This document shows, one piece after another, positions 1 through 14,498 of a stretch of 64,000 bases of DNA (position 1 is its first letter; each line of letters opens with the position of its first letter). Origin of the DNA: Octopus sinensis (Eukaryota); NCBI RefSeq assembly GCF_006345805.1, contig NC_043007.1, positions 7,006,001 through 7,070,000 on the forward strand, read 5' to 3'. The notes below the pieces were generated by a model. The model saw nothing but the letters and a program-made list of their open reading frames with translations. It ran no database searches and had not been told where the DNA came from. The position numbers and the translations under genes were made by a program.

Positions 1-356
1 AATTTTGTACACTTATGATTCTAATATAGTACTACGCGCGCACACACACACACACACACTCACACTCACACACTCACACACACACACACACACAACACAC
101 ACACACACATATCCATATGCATATGTATTTCGATGTACATATATTCATTTAAGTATATAAATATATATTTATATATGTGTATGCATATATGTTTGCATGC
201 ATGTATGTATGTATATACATATATATAGGTATGGATGTATGCCTGGATGCTCGTATGTATGCATATATGTATGTATGAATATTCCTACCTCATTCACTAT
301 GTATTCATACTAATGCAAACGTACACACTGAAACAAATAATCGAAGATTGATTTGT

Positions 357-1070
357 TATCACTACAATTGTTTCCACGCAACTTATTCCTCCAGACTCGC
401 AGGTATTTGGTTACGTAAGCCTTTCCCTGCACTGTGAAATCTTGTCGTGTTTCATCAGGTTACATATAAATATTGTTTCTGTGTTCTGTAAACTCAAATT
501 TCCTGTCGCGACTATGCGCTCAATATATCAAAAGATGTGTTGCGGTTGGAAGTCTGTCGATGAACCTGCTTTGAGTGGGAGGGTGACTATTCTTTGGAAG
601 GTAAGTATTAAGGTCCATGCTGTCCGGGGCTGCCGATGCAGGCTTTCCTGCAGACGGCTGAAAACTTACTTGGGGGCCGGGATGAGGAAGACGAAGAATA
701 ATGAAAAATATATTTTTGTAATTTGTAATTTTAATTTTTGAAATTTTTTTGATTAAAATTTTGATTTATATTGATTTAAATTGAACAATGATTTCGAGGG
801 GTTATCGGTCGGCGGGCGTCGGTGCCCCTCCTGTAATTAACATTTTTTTCCATCTTTGTCGTTTTCATACACATTAATGTCTCTGTCCAGCCCGCAGCTA
901 CCTTTATCTATGTACGACTTCATGGTCAATTCGATGAAATAAAGTATTAAGGTCCATTTTAGAGGGAATGTCAGTTTCTCTCGTTGATTGATTCTTCATG
1001 GCCGGATACACATTCACTGGCTGACCTTTAAGAATTTACCGGTCATTTCAGTGATGAACTTACTTGAACA
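357..1070 (-). mobile_element. Decayed Penelope-like element remnants with a degenerate hammerhead at ~410-463
   Basis: The minus strand carries two ATGGACCTTAATAC stretches resembling the PLE GIY-YIG C-terminal 'P-x-G-L-N' motif. It also has CTGATGA...GAAA, and 357-465 is an inverted homologue of 1466-1568. Confidence 0.45.
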
Positions 1071-1465
1071 TATACATCTTTCTACATACATTCACACCCA
1101 TATGTACACATACATGCCCTCATCTATACATATACGCATACGTACGTGAATGTACGCCTAGATATAAAATTCATACACACTCACAGGAATGTTAGATATA
1201 CACATACGTACGCATATACATACATGCTTACATATATATACATACACACGCACACCCATACATATATAAGTATATATATATATATATATACATACGTTCA
1301 CACCCCACATACTGCAAGTACGTATTTTGTATATGCCTGTGCATACACACATAACCATACATAGTCAGACATGCATACGCTCAGATAGATATATACACAC
1401 GCGTGCGTACATAGATACATATCCAAATATACATAGTTTGCGGAACACAAAACAATATCTATATA

Positions 1466-1568
1466 TACATTGATGAAACACAAGATTTCACAGTGCAGGG
1501 AAACAGTTGCATAACTAAATACCTTCAACCCTAGAGAACTACGTTGCGTGGAAACAATTGTAGTGATT
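1466..1568 (+). mobile_element. PLE terminal-repeat fragment with a decayed hammerhead (inverted partner of 357-465)
   Basis: TTGATGA...GAAAC-AGTT-GCA-TAAC. Aligns to the reverse complement of 357-465. Confidence 0.5.
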
Positions 1569-1722
1569 GAAAATATATGTTCCTCTGTATTCCTTCTTGT
1601 TGAGTGCAACTTATTGAATTATACACACACATGTACACATACACATACACACACACTTATATATATATATATATACACACATATATATATATATATATAT
1701 ACACATATATATATATATATAT

Positions 1723-1769
<47 letters not shown>

Positions 1770-2419
1770 ATATAATATATATATACATATATTTATAGTA
1801 ATGTTTCAGTGGATTACAATCATAGTAAGAATATGCATGGCATATTAGTAAAAATTCCCTTATAGAGAAGGAGGATTATTAGAGATGACAAGTATTTCAT
1901 TGTAATTGAAAACGATTAAAGACGTGGACTGATTTTGACTACTGAAATCATGTGCTGATTCATTCAAGCAGGTTGTGGTATAATACATCAGTGGCTCAGG
2001 TCATAAAAAATTGTCAACACATGTGATGAGTTTCTGGAAGTAAAGCATGCGTTTTAATATTAATTTTTCTTTAATTTACGATGCCTCTCAATAGACTGTT
2101 TCTATACATTGATTCCTTTTCGAATACCATGTGTAATTCAATAATTTTGTTCATTCGTTTTCCCTATAAGTCTGGACGATGTATCATGGTTCAAATATCA
2201 TTGCTTGATTATATTATACACAATAAATCATGCGTAGTTTTTGCACGTAATATTTTAATTTGGTGTCAGTGACCTCCCCGTCCTTGCTAATCAACGTTGC
2301 GTCACTGATTGAGGGCGTATGCAAGAGTTTTCAGGCTAATTCTTTCCTTCTCTTTTCCATTGACACTTCTTTCAGATACACTCGCACACACACAAAAACC
2401 CCAAAACCATATTTCTTCT

Positions 2420-2489
<70 letters not shown>

Positions 2490-2499
2490 ATATATATAT

Positions 2500-2660
2500 A
2501 TATACATAAACACACATATATATAGCGTCTTAAATATATATATATATATACATACATACATAAACACACATATATATAGCGTCTTAAATATATATATATA
2601 TACATACATACATAAACACACATATATATACCGTCTGAAACATATATATATATATATGAG
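2500..2660. repeat. Compound minisatellite, ~3 copies of a ~54 bp unit
   Basis: TACATAAACACACATATATATAGCGTCTTAAA(TA)n is repeated. Confidence 0.85.
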
Positions 2661-2975
2661 AGTATTGTAGTTCGCTTGAATAACTGTATATTGTTCGTAA
2701 AGAAGAGAATATTTTGAATGACACAGCAATGCAAACAATGGACTGTAATAACTGTTATAATTTAATCATTCGTGTGTGTGTGTGTGTGTGTGTGCATATA
2801 CATACCTCATATATATTCATTTATTTATTCGCTTATATTTGTCACTCTCAACGAGTGTTTCACGACGAAACGCCGGATCATCGAGTCAAGAATTCAAGCT
2901 ACTCCGCTATAACAGCATATAATATACACTCAATGCCTTTATTGAGTTCTCTTTCTGGCGTACATATAAACTACA

Positions 2976-3012
<37 letters not shown>

Positions 3013-3409
3013 ACACACTCACTCAGACACAAAGTGATATGCGCACATGTGCGTACTGCTGATGTCTGGACGTATGCAGTGGGCATAACGCGTAGAGAGA
3101 GCTAATACGACGCTGTCGCTCTCTTTCAGTTTCAACATGGTTTAAAACCATAATCTCTCACTTGATAAATAGCATTTAACCAGAACCGCAATAAGAAATG
3201 TCCAGTCTGCACAGAGCAGCTTCACTGGAGAACTGATGACTACTTAAGAGACTTTCTATTGAAAAGTTGCCAAAATGGAACTTTTAATTCTAGTGGCTTC
3301 ATATGAGAGTGAATTGTGTTTATGCTAGATATCTATAATGATTGAAAATCTAATAATTTCTGCATCCAGCGATGGCCAGTCCGATACATTAATGTGTGGT
3401 GCTGCAGCT

Positions 3410-3600
3410 TTGTCTTTGTGTCTGTCTCGCCACCGCCGTTGGTTGGATTACATTCCTGTAAATTATTCATTTCTCAAAAGAAGCCGATAGAATAAATACC
3501 AGAATTGAAGTAAATAGATAAGAACTAGAGTCGATTAGTTCAACTAAAGACTTCCAGGCGTTGCTCCATCATGGCTGCACTCAACTGAAACAAGTAAAGG
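3410..3600 (+). mobile_element. Octopus SINE 3' half, decayed
   Basis: CGATAGAATAAATACCAG...CATGGCTGCA...ACTGAAACAAGTAAAG matches the tail of the copy at 44820-45240. Confidence 0.65.
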
Positions 3601-3749
3601 TACACATTCCGGGTGAATTGGAAATGACAGCATCATTAAATCAACACTCTTTTGCATTTTAGAACGATAGGAATATCAATAATAATAATAAGAAGAAGAA
3701 GAAGAAAAATAAAGATGAAGGAGAATTCTCAGTGTCATCAGTATTCAAA

Positions 3750-3801
<52 letters not shown>

Positions 3802-4058
3802 GCAGAACCAAAATTATATGGCTCTAAGTAACAAGAAATTGCAGATTATTTAACATCCAATTATAAAGGAAATCCTATATGATGATGAAAATTCCATTTA
3901 AAACCAGTTTCCAATTACCGTTTAGAACATAAGCCCCGAAGGTGTAATATATCCATACAAAATAAAATGTTTTTAGAGGATTTCCACTGTGTACATTAGC
4001 ACTTGTATATTTTTCAATAATAATCCTTTTGACTTTGATATGATGTGCTGGACTGTTT

Positions 4059-4094
<36 letters not shown>

Positions 4095-4113
4095 CACACA
4101 CACACACACACAG

Positions 4114-4172
<59 letters not shown>

Positions 4173-4182
4173 ATATATATAT

Positions 4183-4213
<31 letters not shown>

Positions 4214-4506
4214 TTCTCTTCTGTGTGTATTCTACTGACGAATCAAAGCATTACTAAATGCAAAGTCAGAAATCCGGGATCTAGAATTATCCAGTAATTT
4301 TTTACTAGTTTCATTTTGTCTCTTTGTTTTCTCTCTGTATTGATATATGGACTATTAAGGTGGTTTTAGAGTCAGATCATGGCTGCTATTTTCAGCATGG
4401 TGGTATCTCGTAGATACCCTAATTTATATTTTAATAATTATTACATTTGAAGGTTATGCTGACCACTTGATAAAATCGTTATTTATTTTTAAATTAACGA
4501 TCTTAT

Positions 4507-4568
<62 letters not shown>

Positions 4569-5423
4569 CTATCTTTATCAAGACACGTGTCTTATTTATT
4601 AGGGTGTTAGGCTTAGCATTATAAATTATTAGGTTCGATTCCTAGTCTTGAGTGCGTTGTTTCCTTCCATAATGCGCTTCATTTTACGTTGATCCAGTCT
4701 CAGAAGATGGAAAAGTACAGTCTAAGCCGGACCTGCTATTTCACCGTACCAGCTCTCACATTAATAATTGAGGCCTGAGAGTGTGAAAATGTTTGTTCAC
4801 CGCAATATATGGAAGTAATACATTTTTTAAAAGATGTAAATGTGTGCAGATGTACATTTACGCGTGTGTGTGTGCACGCGTATGTATCTGTCCATATCCG
4901 TCTTTTATTTTGGCATCACTTGAAACTAACGTATCTATTTACGTGTCCTCTACCGCAGTGGTTCGACAATTAGACAACAATAAAACATTAAAGGAATAGA
5001 AGCCATCTAGGCGGTGCCGGAACATGGCCGAACACCGATGACCATAATAAGTAAAAGCGTAAACCAAATTGACGAAATTCAATGCCATAGTTAAGCTTCC
5101 ATTAAATATAAATTTATCGAAGAAAATCGATAATAATGTTTGATCTTGTGGTTTGTGTATATATTTATTTTATTGTTGATGTGCTTCAAGAGAGGTCGAC
5201 CAGTTAAAGAGTGATATTGTTCACCTTCGATCTTTTGGAGCAGACGTATGAAGTATATAAATGATTCCGGTCCAAATAAATCTACTTAAATTACTCAATA
5301 TTGTTAATGACTTTACAATTTTTGGATTAGCGATATTTTATCAGCGTTAGCTTTATCAAACAAAGAAAGTAGTCTCCCTCTCACTAACACACTCATTCGC
5401 TTTCCGTCTACTGTCTCTCTTTT

Positions 5424-5497
<74 letters not shown>

Positions 5498-5559
5498 CAA
5501 AATCTCCAAGTTCTAGAGATGGAAGAGACCTAGGCCACATATCATTTCGTTAAATCGCT

Positions 5560-5920
5560 TTTACATTTGTTTCAACCTTCAGACTGCGGTCATACTTGGG
5601 CACCACCGTGAAGAGGTTTTGCTTATTGACGGGGACGTAAACCCATCAACACCGGTTTCCACGCGGTAGTGAATAACACACACACACTCATACACACGCA
5701 CGCGCACGTGTATACAATACATATATACATGCGACGAGCTTCTTTCAGTTTCCGTCAACCAAGTTCACTCACAACTCTCTGGTCGGTGCAACAGTAGAAG
5801 ACACCAACCCAAGGTGCCACGCAATGGAAATCATGTACCCGGAATCATGTACCCGGAATCATGTACCTGGAATCATGTGGATGGAGAACAAACTTCTTAC
5901 TACGCAATCATGGCTGCGCT
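5560..5920 (-). mobile_element. Octopus tRNA-derived SINE (long family with internal microsatellite)
   Basis: Homologous to 44820-45240: CTTCTTTCAGTTTCCGTC, AGTAGAAGACA, CCCAAGGTGCCA, and a tRNA-like head. Confidence 0.85.
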
Positions 5921-6054
5921 TGATATTTTGCTGATAAATCTCTACCTGTGGCCCAAATCCTAATTTAAGGTAGAGTTTGTTTTGGTTTCGAAGGTGCCCA
6001 AGTATCTGAAAGGACAAGTCCCTTGGCAACAGCGTTGATCAAGAACACAACGAA

Positions 6055-6250
6055 GGCCGCGCGCTGGCAGAAACGTTAGCACGCCGGGCGAAATGCATAG
6101 CGCTATTTCGTCTGTCTTTACGTTCTGAGTCCAAATTCCGCCGAGGTAACTTTGCCTTCCATCCTTTCGGGAACGATAAATTAAGTACTAGTTGCATACT
6201 GGGATCGATCTAATCGAGTGCCCCCCACCCCTCCCCAAAAATTTAGATCA
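6055..6250 (+). mobile_element. Octopus SINE (~215 bp family)
   Basis: GCTGGCAGAAACGTTAGCACGCCGGG...CAAATTCCGCCGAGGT...CGATAAATTAAGTAC, shared with many copies in the window. Confidence 0.9.
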
Positions 6251-6915
6251 AGAACACATCGCTTCTTGAGTCCAGACTCCTTTTAGTCAGGAGTCTAACG
6301 CATGCTATTTTATGTAAATGTGAAAAATCAGGACAATTCATTTAGAAAACCTAATATTTGTCTATAATAGCGAGCAAAATATATAATTCTGTACATTAAA
6401 ACGAACCATATAATTAAAAGTACAAATCTCTGTGAAATTATACAGTGTCTAGTCTGCCATATTATGTCCGATGTACAAGATACGGAATTGATGAGTAAAT
6501 TATTACTGTGAGACATTCATCATTTCTGACATCTCAAATCTGAGCTTAAATATTTTACGTTTACCTAAGTTCTCTCTGACAAGATATATGTGAATCAGAA
6601 ATGGTAAAATTTAAATGAAAATAAAAGAAAAGTAAAACTGAAATTGTAAACTTTCGCTAGTTCGTTTAGTATTCTTTAATTTTCGACAAACATCTTTCAG
6701 CTTAAAAATTACTTTAGAGCGAAACAAAACTTGTTTACATTTCCAATTTATAAACTCATCTGATTTATGGTGCCTTCTCTAATTAAATTTCCTAATGGAA
6801 AACGTTGAATGCATTAAAAAAGAAGAATACAAATATTTTTCTAAAGCTTGATTATATCAATTCGAATATATTTGATGTTCTTGTTATATTTGAATGAATG
6901 TATTACATACACGCC

Positions 6916-6972
<57 letters not shown>

Positions 6973-7004
6973 ATACATACATTCTTTACGCTACCGTTGT
7001 TATA

Positions 7005-7228
7005 CAGTAAGTTCCTCGACTACCGCGGGTGTTACGTTTCAAAACCCGCCCGCGATAGGTGAAAATCCGCGAAGTAGAAACAGTAATGTGGTGTATATTT
7101 TTTCTTATTATTTTTATAATTTGTATATATCTATTTATTATAAATGTAAAACAACACCATGAAGGAATCGCGGTAAGCTTAAATAGTAAACCGCGATAGG
7201 GGAACCGTGATATGGCAAGGCATAACTG
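7005..7228. mobile_element. Tigger/pogo-like MITE
   Basis: TA|CAGT...ACTG|TA ends with imperfect terminal inverted repeats and internal CCGCG repeats. No ORF. Confidence 0.7.
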
Positions 7229-7783
7229 TATTTCCTTTCCATATTCTGAATGTACTTATTTAACTCGGTGCCTTAATGCTCCAATATTATTCAATGAGAA
7301 ATAGTGATTGGCTTCCATAAAAAATAAACTGCAATTTCAAACTTTAGACTCTAAAACATCTGCATGATATCAAATAAACAATATTTTCATATTTGATAAG
7401 AGAACAAATCATTACGTGCTACAGTTTAGAATTCCCAAAGAAAAGTGTTTTATTATTATTAGATGTAGATATTTACGAATTTCAAACTATAATGTAATTG
7501 ACACTCCTGGTTATTGGTTATATTCAATCTATCGTTTTACATATTGATCTTCATAACTTTCATCACAGAGTGAAATATTTCCATTTGTAAAAATATATTT
7601 ATGGAAGACTTCAGACAATTTGTCAACTCTCTCCGTTTGGTTATATATTAGAGAATTTTAAAAAGTTCATGCTTTTGTCCCAAAGTAGTAATATCTGATG
7701 CAGCATTGCGGTATCTTGATTTATTGCTTATAGGTGAAGCACACATCACTACTCTCTGTTTATTTGTTACTAGAAGTCCCCAA

Positions 7784-7829
7784 GACACCTGATGAAGGCT
7801 GAGGGGTTTATCATCCGAAACGTTGTATT
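7784..7829 (+). ncRNA. Minimal type-I hammerhead motif, slightly decayed, in a probable PLE terminal repeat
   Basis: GACAC-CTGATGA-A-GGCTGA..TCATCC-GAAAC-GTT-GTATT. Helix III is the palindrome AACGTT. There is one mismatch each in helices I and II. Confidence 0.65.
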
Positions 7830-8116
7830 AACAACAAACAAGATGAGGACAAATATCTGTCAATTGTAAATAATGTAAATAATGTACATAATTCCTCATC
7901 TCTTAAATATAGAACTGTATAACCTAAAATGTCTTTTATTTTGTTCTACATTTGTCATTTAAACCTGTATAAAATTTCGTTTAGTTTAGCAAAGAAACGC
8001 AGTATGACGCGGAGAATTACGTCGTGTATATATAGGTACTGTGTCCTGTAAATAAATAATTTTTATCTCTCACCAGATGGAGCCACCTTGTTTGTTGAAT
8101 TTTCTGTCACGGAACA

Positions 8117-8168
<52 letters not shown>

Positions 8169-9446
8169 CTATAAATGACTATTCTAAACATTATATTTAT
8201 TCAGATATAATGTTGTAGGTCTCTAACGAAACATTTTATTTACCACGTTCCATGGTTAATTAGGACTTTTAGAAAGACATCTACCTATGAGGATTCTTGT
8301 CTTTTCCCTTTTATATATTATATTGCTTCGAAGATCTTTGACGCCTCAGTATATAACTGTTCATATTTTCCATTGGCACCAACGGAAATCAAAGCTGAAT
8401 TTACCACTGACCCACTGAGCTGTATTTAATAACATTATACACGGAGATTTGCACTATTTTGGTGTCGGTGGCTGCCGATAAATTAAATGAATCTCAGAAA
8501 TATCGGACAAATTCGTTTGCCATACAGATCAGACAAAGTCATCTTTGTCTTTCTCCTGGAAAAAAAGAAAAAAGAAAATAACCAATCGAGAGCTTTAAAG
8601 TGCTGAAAATTCGAACGGAATTTCTTAATTGTTTTTTCCCCATATTTTGACTGTCTAATTGGGTCTCATTCTCAATCTGTCACCAGGTTTAATATTATAC
8701 TCTGCATCTTGGAGCATTTAGCGCAGATCACTGCATTGCAAGCATTCGGACCACGAGTATGCTTTTAACTTTACTTTTCTCATTAATGTCGGAGGCCCTG
8801 TAATTGGTCATAGCCATAAATATTCTCGCCAAATTAAGAGATGAACATAAATGAATTGTTTGTCCCTATTAAATCCATCTTATGTTTAAAACCCCGATTT
8901 TCTGGATATTACACCCTCCTCTACATCCTTTTATTTCTTTTCTCCTTTCGTCGCTTCCCTCGGTTTGGTCCATCCTTTAATAATTCGTCTAAGCGTTATT
9001 ACATAAAATATGAATAAATAGTTTAGCACGGCACTCGATCGCTACAGGAACTAAAAAAGCAATTCAAGACTAACTTAAAGGAATTGTTTGGAATGTGTTC
9101 AGAACAGGAGTAGGAAGGCAAACCGCGTGGAATATAAACTACAACAACTTTCTTGCCGGAACCAACTTCACATACATTGTTGCTAGAAAACGTGTATGAA
9201 TCGCTCAGATTTTTGTCAGTACATGAGGGTGCATAGAGGAAGTTATCAGAATGATCGGATTACTCAAGAAGGTAGAAGAATTTCTAAAAATATCGAATCT
9301 GCAATGTGTTCTGTAGGTCGCTGGCAGGCTTCAAGTGTCATCGGCACACTCACAACATGCAATGCTTGCATGCAGTTTATTTTGTCAGCACTTACCATAC
9401 TCGTTTAATGAATCGACAGCCGTCACTCACATACACACACACACAC

Positions 9447-9484
<38 letters not shown>

Positions 9485-10887
9485 CACAAACACACGTATA
9501 TATGCATTTCATTGTGACTGTTTCTCTGTGCGTGTCCTTAAACTGGTTGTTTTGTCCAGTGACAAACCTTTGTGCGCAGATATTTCGTTCTATCTTGTTT
9601 TGCATCTTACCGATTACAGAAATAGTTCTGGAAAATAGTTGCAAGCCTGAAAATATATACCGTAGTTAGTATAAACGAAAAATTACTCCTATAGCATGCC
9701 CATGATTGAGGACAGTGAAAGAATAAAAACAAAAAAGCGCCACGTAAGAAGTGTAGTTACTGTCCTGTAGATTGGTAGCAAATGTCATTGTCTCTTCCTC
9801 TCAATGACGTCATATTACCCTCTTATGTCCTCTCGGAACGTTATACTCTAACATCATGGAACTAACGTTATTTGCTTCAAACTTAAAAAGTCCGAAAGCA
9901 CAAATCTCGACTCTGTCTTTCATTAAACTCATTTCATGTTTAGATGAACATTTGTGGACACATTTAATTGACGATAAGCTCAGATATAAATTCCCGTCAA
10001 GACCCACTGATGTACAGTTTGAATTATGTCGAACGAATTGAGAATTCACGTTAGGAAAGAAGAGAGATTATCTTCCTTAGTCGCAACTGGTGAATACAAG
10101 TTTCTGTATTTTTTTTAAAATTCCGTATTTTCTGACTAAAGATCGACCAGACACCTCTGGGCTGTGTTAAGCAACTGCTTTGTATTAATTTTTAAAAGAA
10201 GTTTACACTACAAAGGTCAGCATTGTGTTGTAAAAGGAAATCCTTTGAGATGATTCAACATTGATGTACCTAATCTGAATGCCACAAGGAGTCTGAATAG
10301 CAGAGCTTATACTGCGTTCTGTCAATCTGACCGTTCTGCTAGTAAATATTGATTCCAGCTTCTATGATAAACATGAATAGGTTGTTTCGTTCGATTACAT
10401 GAGAGATACTCATGCTTCCAATTTCTTTAGAAATACACAAGATATAGACATTATGTATGTATGTATGAATGCATGTATGTATACAAATGTATGTATGTAT
10501 GTATATATGCGTATATGAATGTGTCATATTGTATGTAATATATTGGTACTCGTAAATGTGTGTACACATTAAGTTATACATAATATACCAATAAAGGTGA
10601 TACACTAGAAAAAGTGTGCTTACTCAGACCAATAACCGAATAAACGTTCCATAGTTGGATTGTTGCATATTTACTCTTATTTCGCTGAAAGGTTGGCTCT
10701 GGCCAAACTTTGCTATGAATTAAATCATTAAATGGTTAGAATTACTTCAATCATAAAGATGATTCAAATATTCTCTCTTATGCAGAGACACATATGCATG
10801 CACACGAACACACACGTACAGGCACATACGAAACCATCTACAAATATATATGCATTTGTATTCATACACACACACACGCACACACAG

Positions 10888-10932
<45 letters not shown>

Positions 10933-11284
10933 GAGCATTACTAGAAGACACTTGCATCTCTTTATTGCATGACGTCTACACACTTTGTTTCTAGTTTCTG
11001 TAATAAGCCAATTATATTTATGAATAGATGTGCGTGCATTAATTATCATAGAACATGTTGCTAGTGTTATTTGAAGCCGACCTAGTTTTCTAACCAGAAT
11101 TCATGTATACATAAAAAAATATATATTCCCTTATATATGTTCCTTTCTCACTCTCAATCTCTCTCTCTCTCTCAATGAATATATATATATATATATATAA
11201 TCCATGCATGCATACGTTCATATATGCATAAGTACATAACTACACGTGCAGAATTTTCTCTAATAATATGTAGACATATCGAAT

Positions 11285-11695
11285 ACATTCGTGAAAATTG
11301 AACGCTGACATGTTCACCTCTTTTTTCTGGATGTCTACAATATCAAGATTTGAACCCACATGGATCTGCGCAGGGTTGCACCTAAGGACTTATGCTCTGA
11401 TTTCTATAACTTCGGAAAATTGAACTATGAACTGCTATGCTTCGTTTTTCTTCTTTTTTTCCATCTCCTTATTCTTTTCTTGCCTTCCTCTGTGTCGTCA
11501 TGTCATTAATATATACCAATCTCATTTTCCCTATGTCCCCCTCCCTATTATTCTCTGATGACGGAATATCCCATACTCGGGGATATCCCAGAAACAGATG
11601 TAAGACAGAATTTCTTTCCAATAATGATATTGTATACGACTTGAGATGTTTGCCTTGCCTTAATGTTTATCGTTCTCTTAAACAATTATATATCC
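11285..11695 (+). mobile_element. PLE 3' fragment (GIY-YIG C-terminal remnant plus terminal repeat)
   Basis: Contains an FW..TI...P.G-like remnant followed by a hammerhead. Homologous to 16475-16835. Confidence 0.7.
11551..11606 (+). ncRNA. Type-I hammerhead motif
   Basis: TTCT-CTGATGA-[GGAATATCCC/GGGATATCCC helix II]-GAAAC-AGAT-GTA-AGAC. Confidence 0.75.
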
Positions 11696-11834
11696 GCTGC
11701 ATCAGAAATCTGCAATGGCTCCATAACCACCACCTTGGAGCCCTTTTAATCCGGTACCGTAACCACCTAGCCTACCTAATCGTTTAGATCACCTGTGAAC
11801 TAAACACCCATACTTATATATATGTATATATATA

Positions 11835-11886
<52 letters not shown>

Positions 11887-12031
11887 ATATATATATAAAA
11901 GTTCAGCAAAATTTAGGTTCGGATGAATATGCTACTTAAAGTCAAAGGTACCAGAATTTTGTATGGTATTATCCATATAAATCTATGGGGTGAATATAAT
12001 TAAAATAAACAACAAGTATATCTGAGGTAAT

Positions 12032-12117
12032 GTGGTACAATCGTTTCATACTACTTCATTTTATTAAACACTGTAAGTATTACATCAGTTTTAAAATATC
12101 GAGCAATCTTCAGCGAC
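12032..12117 (-). ncRNA. Possible hammerhead with a long helix II
   Basis: GTCG-CTGAAGA-(~59 nt imperfect hairpin)-GAAAC-GATT-GTA-CCAC. Helix I pairs at 3 of 4 positions. Confidence 0.45.
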
Positions 12118-12488
12118 TTATAGACATTTTCCAATCAAACGGACAATGCACATTATTATCTCTATTTCATTTGCCAACATTATAAAGAGGGTATATATAT
12201 AGACAGAGAGGTTGATTTCATTCTTAAGAACATGAGAATGATAGTATATATATATATATATATATATACATTCGTTCGATAATTTATTAACGGAGATAAT
12301 TTACATTTCTTTTATATCAATGTTATGTGCATTCATTTTTGAGCGGTATTTGAATATATGGAAACTAAAAGTTACTAAAAGAGACATTATGTATTTAAAT
12401 CTAATATCTGAAAATGTCGCTCTTTTGTCAGAACAGGCTTCTCTTTTTTCTCTAGATCACCTATATTTCACATTTTTAAAGATTTTCG

Positions 12489-12540
<52 letters not shown>

Positions 12541-13396
12541 TGTCTTGTCTTTGAACTCCCTTATCAATTGACATTATCAGATTAGACTTTTATGTTGTAC
12601 GCTGTCGTTTGTCATATTTTATGAGTTTAACTGAATGTGACGAATGGATATTAAATTCGTGCCAGACAGGGTAAGAATATGCACACCACTCTACGCATCT
12701 TTGTTTAACCGTTTTTTAAAGTTATATCGCAAACTTCAAGCATTTACTTGCCCTCATAAACCACTGGAGACCACAATACATCATAGCATGGCCAAAATGA
12801 TCGCCAGTAAATACAATGTATATTTGTATTTAAAAAATAGCATTTCGATTATTCTGCGCATGTCCGCGATAATTTGTGCATATTGTTCCTCAACTACAAT
12901 TTTGAAAATTCTATTGGCATTACACAATCTATTAAGTGTTAGTACATTTATTACAATATTTATTTTTGTCACACTTTCATCTCATTGCAAATTCTGCAGG
13001 CTTTTACTCGAACCATATTGGATTCGCCCAGTTCGCAATAACAATAAGAATTTATGAACTTTGGAACTGTGAACCAAACTCAATTTCTAATTAGACTAAT
13101 TTCAACAAATGTAAATATTTATTCAAGTCAAAAACATTTGATGCTCAATCTTTATTTAAGGAGTAGAGTGTTTTATAAAACTTTCGAAAAATCTGTTCAA
13201 AAGCATATAAGCCAGATTGGCACCGAATATGATAAAGAAGAAATCTAGAGACTAACTCTGTTTGCCTACCAACAAACACTTTAAATATTATTTAGAAATT
13301 ATTATCATCTTTCTCTATGTGAATACAGAGCTCATTTGTTTCCTTGGACCCTAATTTTCTGACTATAATGTTATTTTAAGTATCAATAAGTAATGC

Positions 13397-13432
13397 CTGG
13401 TCAAATCTGGTCAAATCTGGTCAAATCTGGTC
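13397..13432. repeat. Decamer tandem repeat (CTGGTCAAAT) x3.6
   Basis: Read directly from the sequence. Confidence 0.9.
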
Positions 13433-13986
13433 GGCAGATTTTCATCAATCGCATCCTATGCAGACACCTTCATGTCAAATAGCAACAAACTTAACGCAAA
13501 AATATAATGCAGAGCATTCAATAGAGAAATGTATGTTTTAATTAAATGTTTTGCTGAATTTCAAACCTGGAAAAGCTTAAACTCTATTATTGTACTTCTT
13601 AAAAAAATTTCCGCTGCGTGTACGAATCAAAACTAAAATAAAATGTTAAAATATCACACGAGTTTTCTGAAGTGTTGTGATTATGTAAAGCTTTAGAAGT
13701 TGTGATAATAAAAAAACTGACAGATTGTAAATGTGAAAGTAACTATTTATATATTTTCGTGGAGGTCTTGAAATTTAACTCCAATTATTCAAATATATAT
13801 TCGAGAGTCGGAAAAATATGTATATTGTTAGCTGAAGGATTCGTCTTTGTTTAACATTATCCTTGATATTTTGTTACGGTTATATAAGCCGGGTGAAATG
13901 ATTTCGCTTCAATTCGCCAAGGACTTTTATACTGCACTGGTTAAGACATTTCTTACGCCGTTGCTAAGCGACATAAAGTTTATATA

Positions 13987-14020
<34 letters not shown>

Positions 14021-14128
14021 ATATCCCCCTCTCTCTTTACATATATATGTAAGTATATGTATATATGAATGTTTGTATATATATGTATATATAAATGTAT
14101 GTATATATATATATATCTATCTATATGC

Positions 14129-14179
<51 letters not shown>

Positions 14180-14324
14180 TATATACATATATGTGTATAT
14201 ATACGTATGTGTGTGTATAAAGATATATATATATGTATATGCATATATGTGTGTATATATATATGTATATATATATGTATTTATATATGTATATACATAT
14301 ATATATACATATATATATATATAT

Positions 14325-14356
<32 letters not shown>

Positions 14357-14418
14357 CATATATATATATATATGTATGTGTGTATATATATGTATATATA
14401 TATGTATTATATATGTAT

Positions 14419-14498
<80 letters not shown>

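Noticed and set aside
12644-13057. 137-aa ORF
   Set aside because: No motif I recognise. Compatible with a chance ORF in AT-rich DNA.
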